Source: Acidimicrobiia bacterium (GTDB lineage: Bacteria > Actinomycetota > Acidimicrobiia > Spongiisociales > JAENVV01). Taken from it: a DNA stretch of 64,000 nt. The notes under the pieces were generated by a model that was not told the origin of the DNA, did no database searches, and saw only the letters and a program-made list of their open reading frames with translations. Below are positions 32,168 to 43,326 of this stretch, piece after piece. The stretch covers positions 1 through 64,000 of the forward strand of contig JBFGJH010000010.1 of assembly GCA_041577335.1 (NCBI GenBank), written 5' to 3'. How positions within the stretch are numbered: position 1 is the first letter of the stretch; the number at the start of each line of letters is the position of its first letter. Position numbers and translations under genes: made by a program.

Positions 32168-33565
32168 ATGAAACCGGTGCTCACTGCCGAGGCGAGCGCG
32201 CAGCTCGACGCTGCCCACGCCGACCAACTCGGGACACTCATGGACCGCGCCGGGTACGCAGTCGCGATCAACGCGGTTGACTTGGGTTTCGGCTACGGAA
32301 GCCGTATTTCGATCCTGGCCGGGCCCGGCAACAACGGGGGAGATGGCTACGTTGCCGCCACCGAGTTGCGACGGCGAGGTGCCGCAGTAACCGTGTTCCA
32401 GCTCGAAGAGCCACGAACCGATATTGCCCGCGAAGCCGCTGAACGGGCCCACCTCGGGGGCGTGCCCGTTCGGGGATGGATCGACCATCCGATCGAGTCC
32501 GACTTGATCATTGATGCCCTTTTTGGTGGAGGTTTTCGCGGCGATATTCCGGTGGGGGTGGCGGCGTGGTCGGCGACCGATCGCCCGGTGTTGTCAGTGG
32601 ATGTTCCCAGCGGCGTCAACGCATCCACCGGCTCGGCCGCTGACGGCGCATTCGGGGCAACCAGGACCGTCACATTCCACGCTCTCAAGGTGGGACATTG
32701 CATCGGACCCGGCGCTGAGCTCTGCGGCGAGGTGGTGGTTGCCGAGATTGGGCTGAGGGGCGGAGATGCGGCATTCTGGATTGCCGAGGCCGCCGACGCA
32801 CCCCGCCCGGCTCGCGCCAGGCAAGCGCACAAGTGGTCGAGCGGCGCGGTGGCGGTGGCAGGGGGCAGCCCGGGCATGGGCGGGGCGGCATTGCTCTCGG
32901 CTCGGAGCGCGCTGGCGGCCGGAGCCGGTGCCGCACTGGTGAGCAGCACTGCGGACCTTGTCGACACCTACCGGGCCGCGCCCGAACTGCTCACCGCCGT
33001 GCGAGCAGACGGCGCGGCAGGCGCCGATGATTTCTTGGCGCAAGCGGAACGCTTCGACGCAGTCGTCGTCGGCCCCGGCCTGGCCGAAGGCAACGACGCG
33101 TTCATCGAGCGAGTCGTCGCCGAAGCCAGTCAGGTTCTGATCCTTGATGCAGGCGGCTTGGCGGCCACGACGATCGAGCAGTTGGCCGAGCGGACCGGTC
33201 CGACGGTGCTCACGCCGCATGGTGGTGAGTTTGAGCGATTGGCCGGTGTTGGGGCCTCGTACCAAGCTGCCGCGGATCTGGCGGGTCGGACAGGCGCAGT
33301 GGTCCTTCTGAAAGGGGGACCGACCTTCGTGGCGAGCGACGCCGGCATTGCCGCGGTAACGACTGGGGGACCGGAGCTGGCTACGATCGGCACCGGTGAC
33401 GTGCTCGCCGGCGCCCTGGCTGCCTTGGCGGCCAGGGGTCTCGACCCCAGAACGGCTGCGACCAGTGCTGCATATTGGCATGGACATGCCGGTGCCGCGC
33501 TCGCTGCTACAGGTACGGTTACAGCCGACCGACTCGTCGACGAGTTGAGGAAGTGGGTGTGGTGA
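32168..33565 (+). CDS. nnr: Bifunctional NAD(P)HX epimerase/dehydratase (YjeF)
   Basis: GPGNNGGDG, DALFG, DVPSG, GPGL, LTPH.GEF.RL, LATIGTGDVLAG. Confidence 0.93.
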   Translation: MKPVLTAEASAQLDAAHADQLGTLMDRAGYAVAINAVDLGFGYGSRISILAGPGNNGGDGYVAATELRRRGAAVTVFQLEEPRTDIAREAAERAHLGGVPVRGWIDHPIESDLIIDALFGGGFRGDIPVGVAAWSATDRPVLSVDVPSGVNASTGSAADGAFGATRTVTFHALKVGHCIGPGAELCGEVVVAEIGLRGGDAAFWIAEAADAPRPARARQAHKWSSGAVAVAGGSPGMGGAALLSARSALAAGAGAALVSSTADLVDTYRAAPELLTAVRADGAAGADDFLAQAERFDAVVVGPGLAEGNDAFIERVVAEASQVLILDAGGLAATTIEQLAERTGPTVLTPHGGEFERLAGVGASYQAAADLAGRTGAVVLLKGGPTFVASDAGIAAVTTGGPELATIGTGDVLAGALAALAARGLDPRTAATSAAYWHGHAGAALAATGTVTADRLVDELRKWVW

Positions 33566-34671
33566 GGCCGTCGTATGTCGACATAGATCTCGGGGCAATC
33601 ACCCACAACGTGAAGGCGTATCGGCGTCAGGTCGCTCCGGCTCAGATCTGCGCGGTCGTAAAGGCCGACGGATACGGCCACGGCGACGTGCCGGTCGCCG
33701 AAACCGCCCTCGAAGCCGGAGCATCGTCGCTGGCGGTTGCAACGGTTCAGGAGGGCATCCGGCTCCGCGAAGCGGGCCTGGATGCTCCCATCCTGCTCCT
33801 GTCGGAGCCTCCGACGGAAGCCATCTCGACCCTCCTTCAATGGCGGCTGACGCCGACGGTATATCACCGAGAATTCGTACAAGCGATGAGTGAGGCGGGT
33901 GCAGGGCTCGGGGCGTTCTCGATGAGGGTCCCGCTCCATCTCAAAGTGGACACAGGTATGCACCGAGTCGGAGTGGGCCCTGACGAGGCGCTCGACGTGG
34001 CAGTCATGATCCGGGACGCTCCCAAGCTGGACCTCGAAGGCGTGTGGACGCACTTTGCCGTTGCGGAGGAAGATCTCGAGTTCACGCGCCTCCAGATCGA
34101 CCGATTCGATCAATTTCTGGAGCGCCTGGCCGATCTCGACATACCGACACCCATGCGCCATGTCGCCAACACAGCCGGGATTCACCTCGGCCGGGAAGCG
34201 ACGTTTGACATGGTTCGCCTGGGCATCGGCCTCTATGGGTTGCAGCCGGATCCCCAACGGCCGGGACCCGTGGCGCTTCGGCCAGCAATGAGAGTCGTGT
34301 CGGAGGTGACCCACGTGCGACGCCTACCCGCCGGATCGCGTCCCTCGTACGGGCGTCGGCGCCCCCTCACCGCGGACTCCAACGTGGCAACCGTGCCGAT
34401 CGGATACGCCGACGGTGTTCCTCGACCGCTCTCCGATCAGGCCGAAGTGCTCATCCACGGCAACCGTTATCCACTCGCCGGCTCGGTGACGATGGACCAG
34501 CTAGTCGTGGACTGCGGTGACGAGCCGATCGAAGTAGGCGACGAGGTGGTCCTGATCGGGAAACAAGGGGGGTCGAAGGTCACTGCTGACGAATGGGCGA
34601 GGCATCTCGGGACCATCAACTATGAGATTGTCTGCCGTATTGGTCCCCGTCTTCCGAGGAGATATTCGTGA
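33562..34671 (+). CDS. alr: Alanine racemase
   Basis: AVVKADGYGHG (PLP Lys), HLKVDTGMHR.G, PIGYADG, TINYEI. Confidence 0.97.
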   Translation: MRPSYVDIDLGAITHNVKAYRRQVAPAQICAVVKADGYGHGDVPVAETALEAGASSLAVATVQEGIRLREAGLDAPILLLSEPPTEAISTLLQWRLTPTVYHREFVQAMSEAGAGLGAFSMRVPLHLKVDTGMHRVGVGPDEALDVAVMIRDAPKLDLEGVWTHFAVAEEDLEFTRLQIDRFDQFLERLADLDIPTPMRHVANTAGIHLGREATFDMVRLGIGLYGLQPDPQRPGPVALRPAMRVVSEVTHVRRLPAGSRPSYGRRRPLTADSNVATVPIGYADGVPRPLSDQAEVLIHGNRYPLAGSVTMDQLVVDCGDEPIEVGDEVVLIGKQGGSKVTADEWARHLGTINYEIVCRIGPRLPRRYS

Positions 34672-35513
34672 GCCTCACCGATGTTGCGGGGATCGAACTT
34701 GGTCATTGGACGGACGGCACGGCGCGCACAGGATGCACCGTGGTTGTGCTTCCTTCGCCGAATATCACGGCAATCGACATCCGCGGCGCTGCTCCGGGGA
34801 GTAGGGAAACCGCTCTCCTGGGCCACGGGATGAAGGTCCTGGAGGCCAATGCCATTGTCTTGTCGGGGGGCAGTGCCTACGGACTTGCCAGTGCAGATGG
34901 TGTGATGGCCGAGCTCGAGGCGATGGGACGGGGACATGACACGCCCTTCGGGGTAGTACCGATTGTTCCGACAGCGGTCATCTACGACCTCGGCGTTGGC
35001 GACCCGTCGGTGCGGCCGACGGCGGAAGCGGGCGCCCTTGCGTTCCGCGCCGCCACCTCCGGACCGGTTGAGATCGGGCAAGTAGGAGTTGGGTGCGGTG
35101 CCACAACGGGCAAATGGCGAGGATTCGAACACGCGGTACCTTCGGGCGTGTTCAGCGCCTCGGCGAGTCTGGAGGATGCGACCGTTGCTGCGCTCGTGGT
35201 CGTCAACGCCATTGGTGACGTGGATCCGAACTTCGACGCTGCTCCGCTTGCGTTTCCCGATAAGACCGATCTCACCAACACCACGCTGGCCGTGATTGCG
35301 ACGGACGCGTCCGTTGATCGATCCGACCTGGCCAGGCTTTGTATTCGCGCTCACGATGCATTCGCTGCCTCGATCTACCCGGTTCACACCCGCTACGACG
35401 GCGACGCGGTCTTTGCTGTGTCGTGCGGTGACAAGCAGGTCGATCTCGACCAACTCGGCGAAGTGGTCTTTTCTGTCACACGCAGTGCGATTCTTGCGGC
35501 GCGCCCGTCGTGA
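34668..35513 (+). CDS. P1/S58-family (DmpA-like) peptidase
   Basis: LTDVAGI..GH, TGCTV, RGAAPGSRET, LSGGSAYGL, NTTLAVIATDA, HT.YDGD. Confidence 0.88.
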   Translation: MSLTDVAGIELGHWTDGTARTGCTVVVLPSPNITAIDIRGAAPGSRETALLGHGMKVLEANAIVLSGGSAYGLASADGVMAELEAMGRGHDTPFGVVPIVPTAVIYDLGVGDPSVRPTAEAGALAFRAATSGPVEIGQVGVGCGATTGKWRGFEHAVPSGVFSASASLEDATVAALVVVNAIGDVDPNFDAAPLAFPDKTDLTNTTLAVIATDASVDRSDLARLCIRAHDAFAASIYPVHTRYDGDAVFAVSCGDKQVDLDQLGEVVFSVTRSAILAARPS

Positions 35514-36005
35514 TGCTCGCAGCCGCAGCCGCAGCCGCAGCCGCAGCCGCCGGCGGCACTTCGCCTCCAACGGTCGTCATCGAGCACCGCCTGGAGAGAA
35601 GGAGGATCCATTCGGTGAGCCATTCGTCGGTCGTCGTGGAACACCGCCCTGGCGGCCTTCCTTGGTATTGCCCGCTCGGGATGTCATGACAAGCATCGTC
35701 ACATGCCGGGCCCGAAGATCGCCATCCTCGCCAATGAGACCCACGCAATCGCTCCGAATCTGGACTTTCAGCTCCATTCCCTGGCGCCGGCCGTGGTGAT
35801 GACGCACGGGGGGCTTCGCTACCGGGCACACTGCGAAAAGTTCCGAAGGCATCACCCGGTTGCTGGGAACCGCGTATCCTGAGCTGGGCGGATGGTGGTG
35901 CCGATCTTCTATCCCGCTGCCGCCCTCTGCCAAGGCAGCAAAGTGCGTGAGGCCATGCGATCTCACTTGGCGCGCGCAGTCATGGTGATGCAGGAGAGCG
36001 TGTGA
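35513..36005 (+). pseudogene. Degraded family-4 uracil-DNA glycosylase
   Basis: Fragments in shifting frames: PPGEKEDPFGEPFVGRRG, TSIVTCR, PNLDFQLHSLAPAVVMTHG/GFAT, EGITRL.G, VVPIFYPAAAL; ATG overlaps upstream stop and TGA overlaps tsaE GTG. Confidence 0.8.
35519..35548. repeat. (GCAGCC)5 microsatellite
   Basis: Five perfect hexamers at the 5' end of the UDG pseudogene. Confidence 0.9.
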
Positions 36006-36460
36006 CGATCGAAGTGCGGACCACAGACGTTGCGGAGACGATGATGGTGGGCAGGCGGCTCGCCTCCTTGGCGCGGCCCGGAGACGTGATTGCGTTGACC
36101 GGCCCGCTCGGCGCGGGCAAGACGGCGTTTGTAGGTGGCCTCGCCGAAGGCCTCGGCATCAACGAGCCGGTCACGAGCCCCAGCTTCGTCCTGATGCGGC
36201 GCTATGACTCCGGGTTCACTCCACTCGTTCATGTGGATGTCTACCGACTCAGCAGCCTTGGGGAATTCGAGGATCTGGAGGCGTACGAGGAGGGTCGCGA
36301 GGGGGTTGTCGTGATCGAATGGGGCGACGCCATCGCCCCGGCGCTGCCCACCAATCATCTGACGGTCGAGCTGAAGCCACTGTCCGAATCGGAGCGCTCG
36401 ATAAGGCTCGTAGCCTGCGGGGACTGGGAGAGCAGGCCCCTGAAAGAGCTGACAGCGTGA
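36002..36460 (+). CDS. tsaE: tRNA t6A biosynthesis ATPase
   Basis: GPLGAGKT, VTSPSF, H.DVYRL, IEWG. Confidence 0.96.
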   Translation: MTIEVRTTDVAETMMVGRRLASLARPGDVIALTGPLGAGKTAFVGGLAEGLGINEPVTSPSFVLMRRYDSGFTPLVHVDVYRLSSLGEFEDLEAYEEGREGVVVIEWGDAIAPALPTNHLTVELKPLSESERSIRLVACGDWESRPLKELTA

Positions 36461-37170
36461 AGGTTCTCGCTATCGAAACGTCCACTCCAGCCTCGTCCGT
36501 GGCGCTGGCAGAAGATCGGTCGATAGTCGCGTCGGCCGGGAAGGTCGATCGGAAAGGCCATTCGGCCTTCCTCGTCAGCGCGCTCGACTTTTGCTTCGAC
36601 CAAGCCGATTGGAAGCCGCAAGACCTCAGCGCGGTGGTTGTCGACGTGGGTCCCGGCCTCTACACGGGCATCCGCGTCGGGCTGGCCACGGCACAGGGCC
36701 TGGCCGCCGCGCTCGGTGTGCCGTTGCTTCCGGGCAACGCCCTCGATTCTCTGGCTCTGCGGGCGACGACCGGCCGCCGACATATCTACGCGATCGTCGA
36801 TGTCCGTCGAGGAGAGTGGGCGGTGGCGTCGTACCGTCCCGTCCCCGGAGGTGTTGTGAAGGATGGGCGCGGGCAGCTCGTCACCGCCAATACCCTTCGA
36901 GGAATGCTGGAATCGGACCCTGAGGACGTCCTACTCGTTGGTGACTGGGAGTCGCTGCCCGGGTCGACGCTCACCGGGTTGCATCGAATGAAGACCGGCC
37001 GGCCCAGGTATCCAGTGGCCGACGCTCTCATCGAGTCTGTGGCCGCTCGTCTTCACTCCGAGGATTACCCGCACCCCGACGAGATACGGCCGCTCTATAT
37101 GCGGGAGCCCGACGTTCAAATCGGCTGGGAGCAGCTGAGATCGGAGGGGCCGTGGGAGGAGCTGGCGTGA
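36457..37170 (+). CDS. tsaB: tRNA t6A biosynthesis protein
   Basis: LAIETST, GPGLYTGIRVG, D.RRGE, PLYMR.PD. Confidence 0.95.
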   Translation: MKVLAIETSTPASSVALAEDRSIVASAGKVDRKGHSAFLVSALDFCFDQADWKPQDLSAVVVDVGPGLYTGIRVGLATAQGLAAALGVPLLPGNALDSLALRATTGRRHIYAIVDVRRGEWAVASYRPVPGGVVKDGRGQLVTANTLRGMLESDPEDVLLVGDWESLPGSTLTGLHRMKTGRPRYPVADALIESVAARLHSEDYPHPDEIRPLYMREPDVQIGWEQLRSEGPWEELA

Positions 37171-37655
37171 TCACATTACGTAGGATGACGCGACACGACA
37201 TCGACGCCGTGGTGGCCCTCGAACAGGAGATCTACCCGGCGCCATGGTCGGCGAATGTCTTCTTCGCCGAACTTCAGCAGCCGGGACGCACCTATGTGGT
37301 CGCCGAGGATGGCGACGAAATCGTCGGTTACGGCGGGATGATGATCGTGATCGACGAAGCGCACATCACAACCATCGCCGTCATTGAGTCTCGTCGCGGG
37401 CATCGCCTCGGCACACGACTGATGCACTGCCTTGCCGAAGTGGCGGTGAAGGCAGGGGCCAAACACCTCACCTTGGAGGTGCGAGCCTCGAATCGAAACG
37501 CACAAGCGCTCTACCGGCGTTTCGGGATGGGCCCTGTGGGTGTCCGGAAGGACTACTACATCGACGAAGATGCCCTCATCATGTGGGTCAACGACATCGA
37601 TGGCCCCGAATACGCTTCCCGGCTCACACTCATCGGGGCAGGTCTCCATGATTGA
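37167..37655 (+). CDS. rimI: Ribosomal-protein-alanine N-acetyltransferase
   Basis: [28 protein letters not shown]. Confidence 0.93.
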   Translation: MITLRRMTRHDIDAVVALEQEIYPAPWSANVFFAELQQPGRTYVVAEDGDEIVGYGGMMIVIDEAHITTIAVIESRRGHRLGTRLMHCLAEVAVKAGAKHLTLEVRASNRNAQALYRRFGMGPVGVRKDYYIDEDALIMWVNDIDGPEYASRLTLIGAGLHD

Positions 37656-38673
37656 ACCAACGGTTCTGGCGTTCGAAACGAGCTGCGATGAGACCGCGGT
37701 GGCGGTGGTGCGCGGCACGACCGCCCTCTCGAACGTATTGTCCAGCCAAGTCGGAATCCATGCGCGATTTGGGGGGATTGTGCCCGAGGTTGCAGCTCGT
37801 GCCCACGTCGAGTCCATACGCTCTATGACGCACCGAGCGCTGGCTGAGGCAGGTGTTCATCCCGATGACCTCGACGGGGTCGCGGCAACTCAGGGCCCCG
37901 GCCTCATCGGGGCGTTGCTGGTCGGCTTCTCCTTCGCCAAGGCAACCGCCTGGGCGCGGCAGCTCCCCTTCATCGGAGTCGACCACATGGAGGGACATCT
38001 GTTCGCTCCCCGGCTCACCGCGCCCGACTTCACGCCCCCCGCAGTGGTGCTGCTGGCATCCGGTGGCCACAGCCAGATCGTTCATGTGCGCGATTGGGGC
38101 CAATACGAGGTCCTCGGCCAAACCATCGACGACGCCGCCGGTGAAGCGTTCGACAAGTTGTCCCGATTCATGGGCATGGGCTATCCAGGCGGCCCGGCAA
38201 TCGATCTCGCCTCTGATGGTGGAGATCCAGCCGCCGTCCAGTTCCCGCGTGCTCTCCCCGGGGATCGATACAACGTTTCCTTCAGCGGGCTGAAGACCTC
38301 CGTGACCACGTTTCTCGAGAAGGGCAAGAAGGCCGGTCATCTTCCCTCTCGTGCCGACGTTGCCGCGTCCCTTCAAGAGGCCATCGTCGATGTGCTCGTT
38401 GACAAGACATTCAACGCCGTCGAGGACACCGGTGTTCAAGTCGTCGGCGCCGGGGGAGGGGTCCTCGCCAATCGGCGTCTTCGGACGCGCCTTCAGGAAG
38501 AGGCCGACCGACGGGGGATAGCCCTGTTCGTGCCTCCGCCGGAGCTCTGTACCGACAACGGCGCAATGATCGGCGCCGCCGGCGCCCACTGGCTTGCCGA
38601 AGGTCACTACACCGCCTGGGATGCCGGAGCGGACGCGGGGATGTCGCTCGGGTCAGGCTCCGAGCGAGGCTGA
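37648..38673 (+). CDS. tsaD: tRNA N6-threonylcarbamoyltransferase
   Basis: [49 protein letters not shown]. Confidence 0.98.
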   Translation: MIEPTVLAFETSCDETAVAVVRGTTALSNVLSSQVGIHARFGGIVPEVAARAHVESIRSMTHRALAEAGVHPDDLDGVAATQGPGLIGALLVGFSFAKATAWARQLPFIGVDHMEGHLFAPRLTAPDFTPPAVVLLASGGHSQIVHVRDWGQYEVLGQTIDDAAGEAFDKLSRFMGMGYPGGPAIDLASDGGDPAAVQFPRALPGDRYNVSFSGLKTSVTTFLEKGKKAGHLPSRADVAASLQEAIVDVLVDKTFNAVEDTGVQVVGAGGGVLANRRLRTRLQEEADRRGIALFVPPPELCTDNGAMIGAAGAHWLAEGHYTAWDAGADAGMSLGSGSERG

Positions 38674-38804
38674 TCGACCCGGGCACGCCCAGGGTCGAAA
38701 TTCTGGACGAGCGGCCCTTCGGCCGCACTCATGGTCGTCACGGCGTACACGCTGCCGTGACTCCGGGACGAGCGGCCGGCTCAGCCTCCCCCTCGAGCTC
38801 CCCC
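38674..38804 (+). repeat. Multi-hairpin intergenic element, copy B
   Basis: Hairpin TCGACCC..GGGTCGA right after tsaD TGA; AATTCT; GAGCGGCC-CTTC-GGCCGCACTC; TCGTCACGGCG-TACACGC-TGCCGTGACTCC; CCGGCTCAGCC..CTCCCCC. Confidence 0.75.
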
Positions 38805-39017
38805 AAGAGGGCTTGAGCTTGTACTTGAGTCGTCTGTCGTGGTTCGTGGCGCTTGGTGGAGAACGCAATGGGCTCTCCATTACGGTTCCGGGGTAATGGA
38901 CGGGTTGGCAGCGAAGCGGCAACGGCCGAGCGTCCGGCCGGCGTCTGTTTGGACCGTGTGAGGTCTCGGTCATGCCCCTACTGCGTTGCTCGAAGTCTGG
39001 CGCCATTATCCTGCCGT

Positions 39018-39044
39018 TTAGCACTCGCGGTCGGAGAGTGCTAC
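39018..39044. promoter_or_regulatory. CIRCE element 1 (HrcA operator)
   Basis: TTAGCACTC-N9-GAGTGCTAC (one mismatch). Confidence 0.93.
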
Positions 39045-39049
39045 ATTTC

Positions 39050-39076
39050 TTAGCACTCTCGTTATGAGAGTGCTAA
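39050..39076. promoter_or_regulatory. CIRCE element 2 (HrcA operator)
   Basis: Perfect TTAGCACTC-N9-GAGTGCTAA. Confidence 0.97.
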
Positions 39077-39099
39077 CTGTCTCGCAAGGAGGAATAGGC

Positions 39100-39390
39100 A
39101 TGAAGCTTCAGCCTCTTGGGGATCGCGTGGTTGTCAAGGCCCTCGACGATCTGGAAGCCAAGACGGCCTCCGGAATCGTCATCCCTGACACTGCAAAAGA
39201 AAAGCCCCAGATTGGTGAAGTTCTGGCAGTCGGCCCAGGCGCGTTGAATGACGACGGCGAACGGCTTCCAGTAGATGTAGTGGTCGGACAAAGGGTCGTC
39301 TACGCAAAGTACGGCGGGACCGAGATCAAGATCGAGGGCCAAGAACTCCTCGTGCTCTCGTCTCGCGACCTACTCGCCGTAGTCGAGTAG
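39100..39390 (+). CDS. groES: Co-chaperonin GroES
   Basis: [43 protein letters not shown]. Confidence 0.99.
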   Translation: MKLQPLGDRVVVKALDDLEAKTASGIVIPDTAKEKPQIGEVLAVGPGALNDDGERLPVDVVVGQRVVYAKYGGTEIKIEGQELLVLSSRDLLAVVE

Positions 39391-41037
<1,647 letters not shown>

Positions 41038-41081
41038 CAAGTAGCAGTTGGCGTTTCACACCTAGCGATTCGCCGAAAAAG

Positions 41082-41117
41082 AAATGCGGCGGGCTTTCGA
41101 GCCCGCCGCATTTTGTT
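41082..41117 (+). terminator. Intrinsic terminator of groESL
   Basis: AAATGCGGCGGGC-TTTCGA-GCCCGCCGCATTTTGTT. Confidence 0.88.
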
Positions 41118-41167
41118 GCAGTCCGGCTTGAGCACTGCGCGGCGCTCGAACACCCGGCTCGACACAG

Positions 41168-41193
41168 GAAAGCGGGCCCGAAGGCCCGCTTTC
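41168..41193 (-). terminator. Intrinsic terminator downstream of the 52-aa minus-strand gene
   Basis: GAAAGCGGGCC-CGAA-GGCCCGCTTTC perfect 11-bp stem (UUCG loop on minus strand). Confidence 0.7.
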
Positions 41194-41214
41194 TGCTGAG
41201 GGAGGTTGTTTGCC

Positions 41215-41373
41215 TTATCGGCTCATGCGGAGGAGTGCTGCCTCAGATCGAAGGCCGTCGAGGCGGGCTCGAGATTCGTAGAGTGCTGCAGAATCAGCGC
41301 CGGATGCGCGAAGGTCCTGGTGTTCGTTCCATACAGCGAGGAGCTGCTTGAACGTGGTTTCGAATGTGCTCAT
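41215..41373 (-). CDS. 52-aa hypothetical small protein (not in ORF track)
   Basis: MSTFETTFKQLLAVWNEHQDLRASGADSAALYESRARLDGLRSEAALLRMSR*; RBS AAGAAAGGAG 5 nt before ATG; downstream terminator. Confidence 0.75.
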   Translation of the reverse strand: MSTFETTFKQLLAVWNEHQDLRASGADSAALYESRARLDGLRSEAALLRMSR

Positions 41374-41572
41374 GAGTGCTCCTTTCTTTGTGTGATAACA
41401 ATAACAAACCCGTCAAGCTATTTGAAGACGATAACCAATTGCAGACAGAGAGATCATGATAGAATTCAAAAGTCAATCGCCAATATCCTTAGGAAATCAT
41501 GGCTAGTCTACGCCTCGTCCTCGGTGCCGGTTGCGAAGATGTGGTTTACCGAAAACTCGAGAGGGACCGGAA

Positions 41573-42025
41573 ATGGATGACATCAGCTGGATGCTCTTGG
41601 AAGAGCTCCAACGGAACGGTCGTGCGTCGTACCGACAACTCGGGGAGGCCGTGGGGTTGACCGCGCCTGCCGTGGCCGAGCGTATGCGGAAGCTGGAGAA
41701 CAGCGGGGTCATCGAAGGCTATCGGGCCGTTGTCAACTACGAGCAGATCGGATTGCCGATCCTGGCGGTCATCCGGCTGCGCACGAGAGGAGAGTTCGAG
41801 GGAAAGGTCGGACACGTCGTCGCCGAAATCCCCGAGGTGATCGAATGCCACCGCGTCACAGGGTCGGAAAGCCACGTTCTCACCGCGGTGCTCCGCTCGA
41901 CCGCTCATCTCGAGGACCTGCTCGATCAGTTGCGGCCGTACAGTGAGACAATCACGAATATCGTCACCTCGTCTCAAGTCCGCAATCGCATTCTGACTCG
42001 GTCTGCGGTCGAACTCGCCGGCTAG
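41573..42025 (+). CDS. Lrp/AsnC-family transcriptional regulator
   Basis: LQRNGRASY.QLG..VGLT.PAV.ERM.KLE.SGVI.GY.A; VIECHRVTG. Confidence 0.95.
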   Translation: MDDISWMLLEELQRNGRASYRQLGEAVGLTAPAVAERMRKLENSGVIEGYRAVVNYEQIGLPILAVIRLRTRGEFEGKVGHVVAEIPEVIECHRVTGSESHVLTAVLRSTAHLEDLLDQLRPYSETITNIVTSSQVRNRILTRSAVELAG

Positions 42026-42045
42026 ACGCAGCAGTCGGGGCGCGG

Positions 42046-42642
42046 CTAGGTGCCTCCATGGACCGCCTGGATGGCTTCGCGCCGGCGCTCATATTCGTCT
42101 TCGAGCAGGCTGTATACCGTGTGATCCAGCCATGTGCCGGCCACTTTGATCTCCTCGCGAAGGACCCCTTCAACACTGAATCCGAGCTTCTCTGCGATCC
42201 TCTCCGAACCGCGGTTGCCCACCGCGATGCGGAGAACCACGCGGTGCATCTTGAGCTCATCGAACGCCACCGCCAGGACTCGTGCCGTCGCTTCCGTCCC
42301 GACGCCGCCTCTCGTTTCGTCAGATCGGATCCAATAGCCGATTTCGCCCACTCGAAAGGGGCGCGACACGTGCCAGACGCTGATATTGCCGATATGGCGA
42401 TCCAGGTCGGCGTGCGCCCTGATGGCAAAGTCGAATGCGCGACCCTCTTTCCACGCACGGGCCGTTTCCCGGATGAAACGGTTGGCGTCGATTCGGTTGT
42501 AGCCGAGGTGCGCCCAGGGCAGCCATTGGTGCAGCTCCGGGAGTGATTTGCCTACCGCCTCGAGGAGCGGCTCGGCGTCGCGTCGCTTGAACGGGCGGAG
42601 CTCGAAACGGCTGGTGTGTCTCGGTGCTGGGTCGAGATCCAT
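42046..42642 (-). CDS. RimJ/RimL-like GNAT acetyltransferase
   Basis: L..WLPW, GEIGYWI, N..S.RIAEKLGF..EG.LR. Confidence 0.88.
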   Translation of the reverse strand: MDLDPAPRHTSRFELRPFKRRDAEPLLEAVGKSLPELHQWLPWAHLGYNRIDANRFIRETARAWKEGRAFDFAIRAHADLDRHIGNISVWHVSRPFRVGEIGYWIRSDETRGGVGTEATARVLAVAFDELKMHRVVLRIAVGNRGSERIAEKLGFSVEGVLREEIKVAGTWLDHTVYSLLEDEYERRREAIQAVHGGT

Positions 42643-42729
42643 GAGCGGAGAGACTATCGCCTGTCCGAGCAACGGGCCACCATGGCCGCAAAATCGGCCT
42701 AGCCGAGGGTTCCGTCATAGGATGCCGCG

Positions 42730-43278
42730 GTGGCAGACACAGCGTGGTCGTTTCCCGGGCTCCGGCCATCTCTCGACGTAGTCCCAGACGTCAGCTACGC
42801 CGCGGTGCTCCTGGCGCTGTTTCAGGATGGTGCTCACACACGATTGGTGCTCACAAAGCGACCCCTGACAATGCCGACGCACGCCGGCCACCTGGCGTTC
42901 CCAGGTGGGCGCCCCGATCCCGGAGATCGTGGCCCGCTCGACACGGCACTGCGGGAAGCGCATGAAGAGATGGGCATCGAGCCGTCGACGGTCACAGTCC
43001 TCGGATATCTGGAACCTATCCACACCGTGGAATTCGAGCTGTATGTCGCTCCGGTCGTGGGTCGACTGCCGGATGAGCCCGATTTCGTGCCGAGCCCCCG
43101 CGAAGTCGATCGTGTTCTCCTTCCGGCACTCTCCGATCTGCGTGACGAACGCCAATGGCGGTCCGAGACCTGGCGGGAGCGTCGGGTGTGGTTCTTCGAC
43201 ATCGAGGGTGAGGTGCTGTGGGGGGCGACGGCAATGATGGTGCGGCGCTTGCTCGGGCTCGGAGGCGCCGAGATCTGA
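42730..43278 (+). CDS. CoA pyrophosphatase (NudL/Pcd1-like NUDIX)
   Basis: AAVL..L, LTKR....HAG..AFPGG, TALREAHEEMGI, LWGATA. Confidence 0.88.
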   Translation: MADTAWSFPGLRPSLDVVPDVSYAAVLLALFQDGAHTRLVLTKRPLTMPTHAGHLAFPGGRPDPGDRGPLDTALREAHEEMGIEPSTVTVLGYLEPIHTVEFELYVAPVVGRLPDEPDFVPSPREVDRVLLPALSDLRDERQWRSETWRERRVWFFDIEGEVLWGATAMMVRRLLGLGGAEI

Positions 43279-43326
43279 TGCTGTCGAGATGTCCGCTGCG
43301 CCGGCGGGTGACCGGCGCAGCGAAGA

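Noticed and set aside
35296..35966. ORFs 35296-35799 (+), 35476-35829 (-) and 35577-35966 (-) as real genes
   Set aside because: They are fragments or shadows of the UDG pseudogene
41206..41580. 124-aa plus-strand ORF and 60-aa minus ORF 41294-41476
   Set aside because: No RBS or plausible composition; the 52-aa minus ORF with RBS and terminator explains the region better
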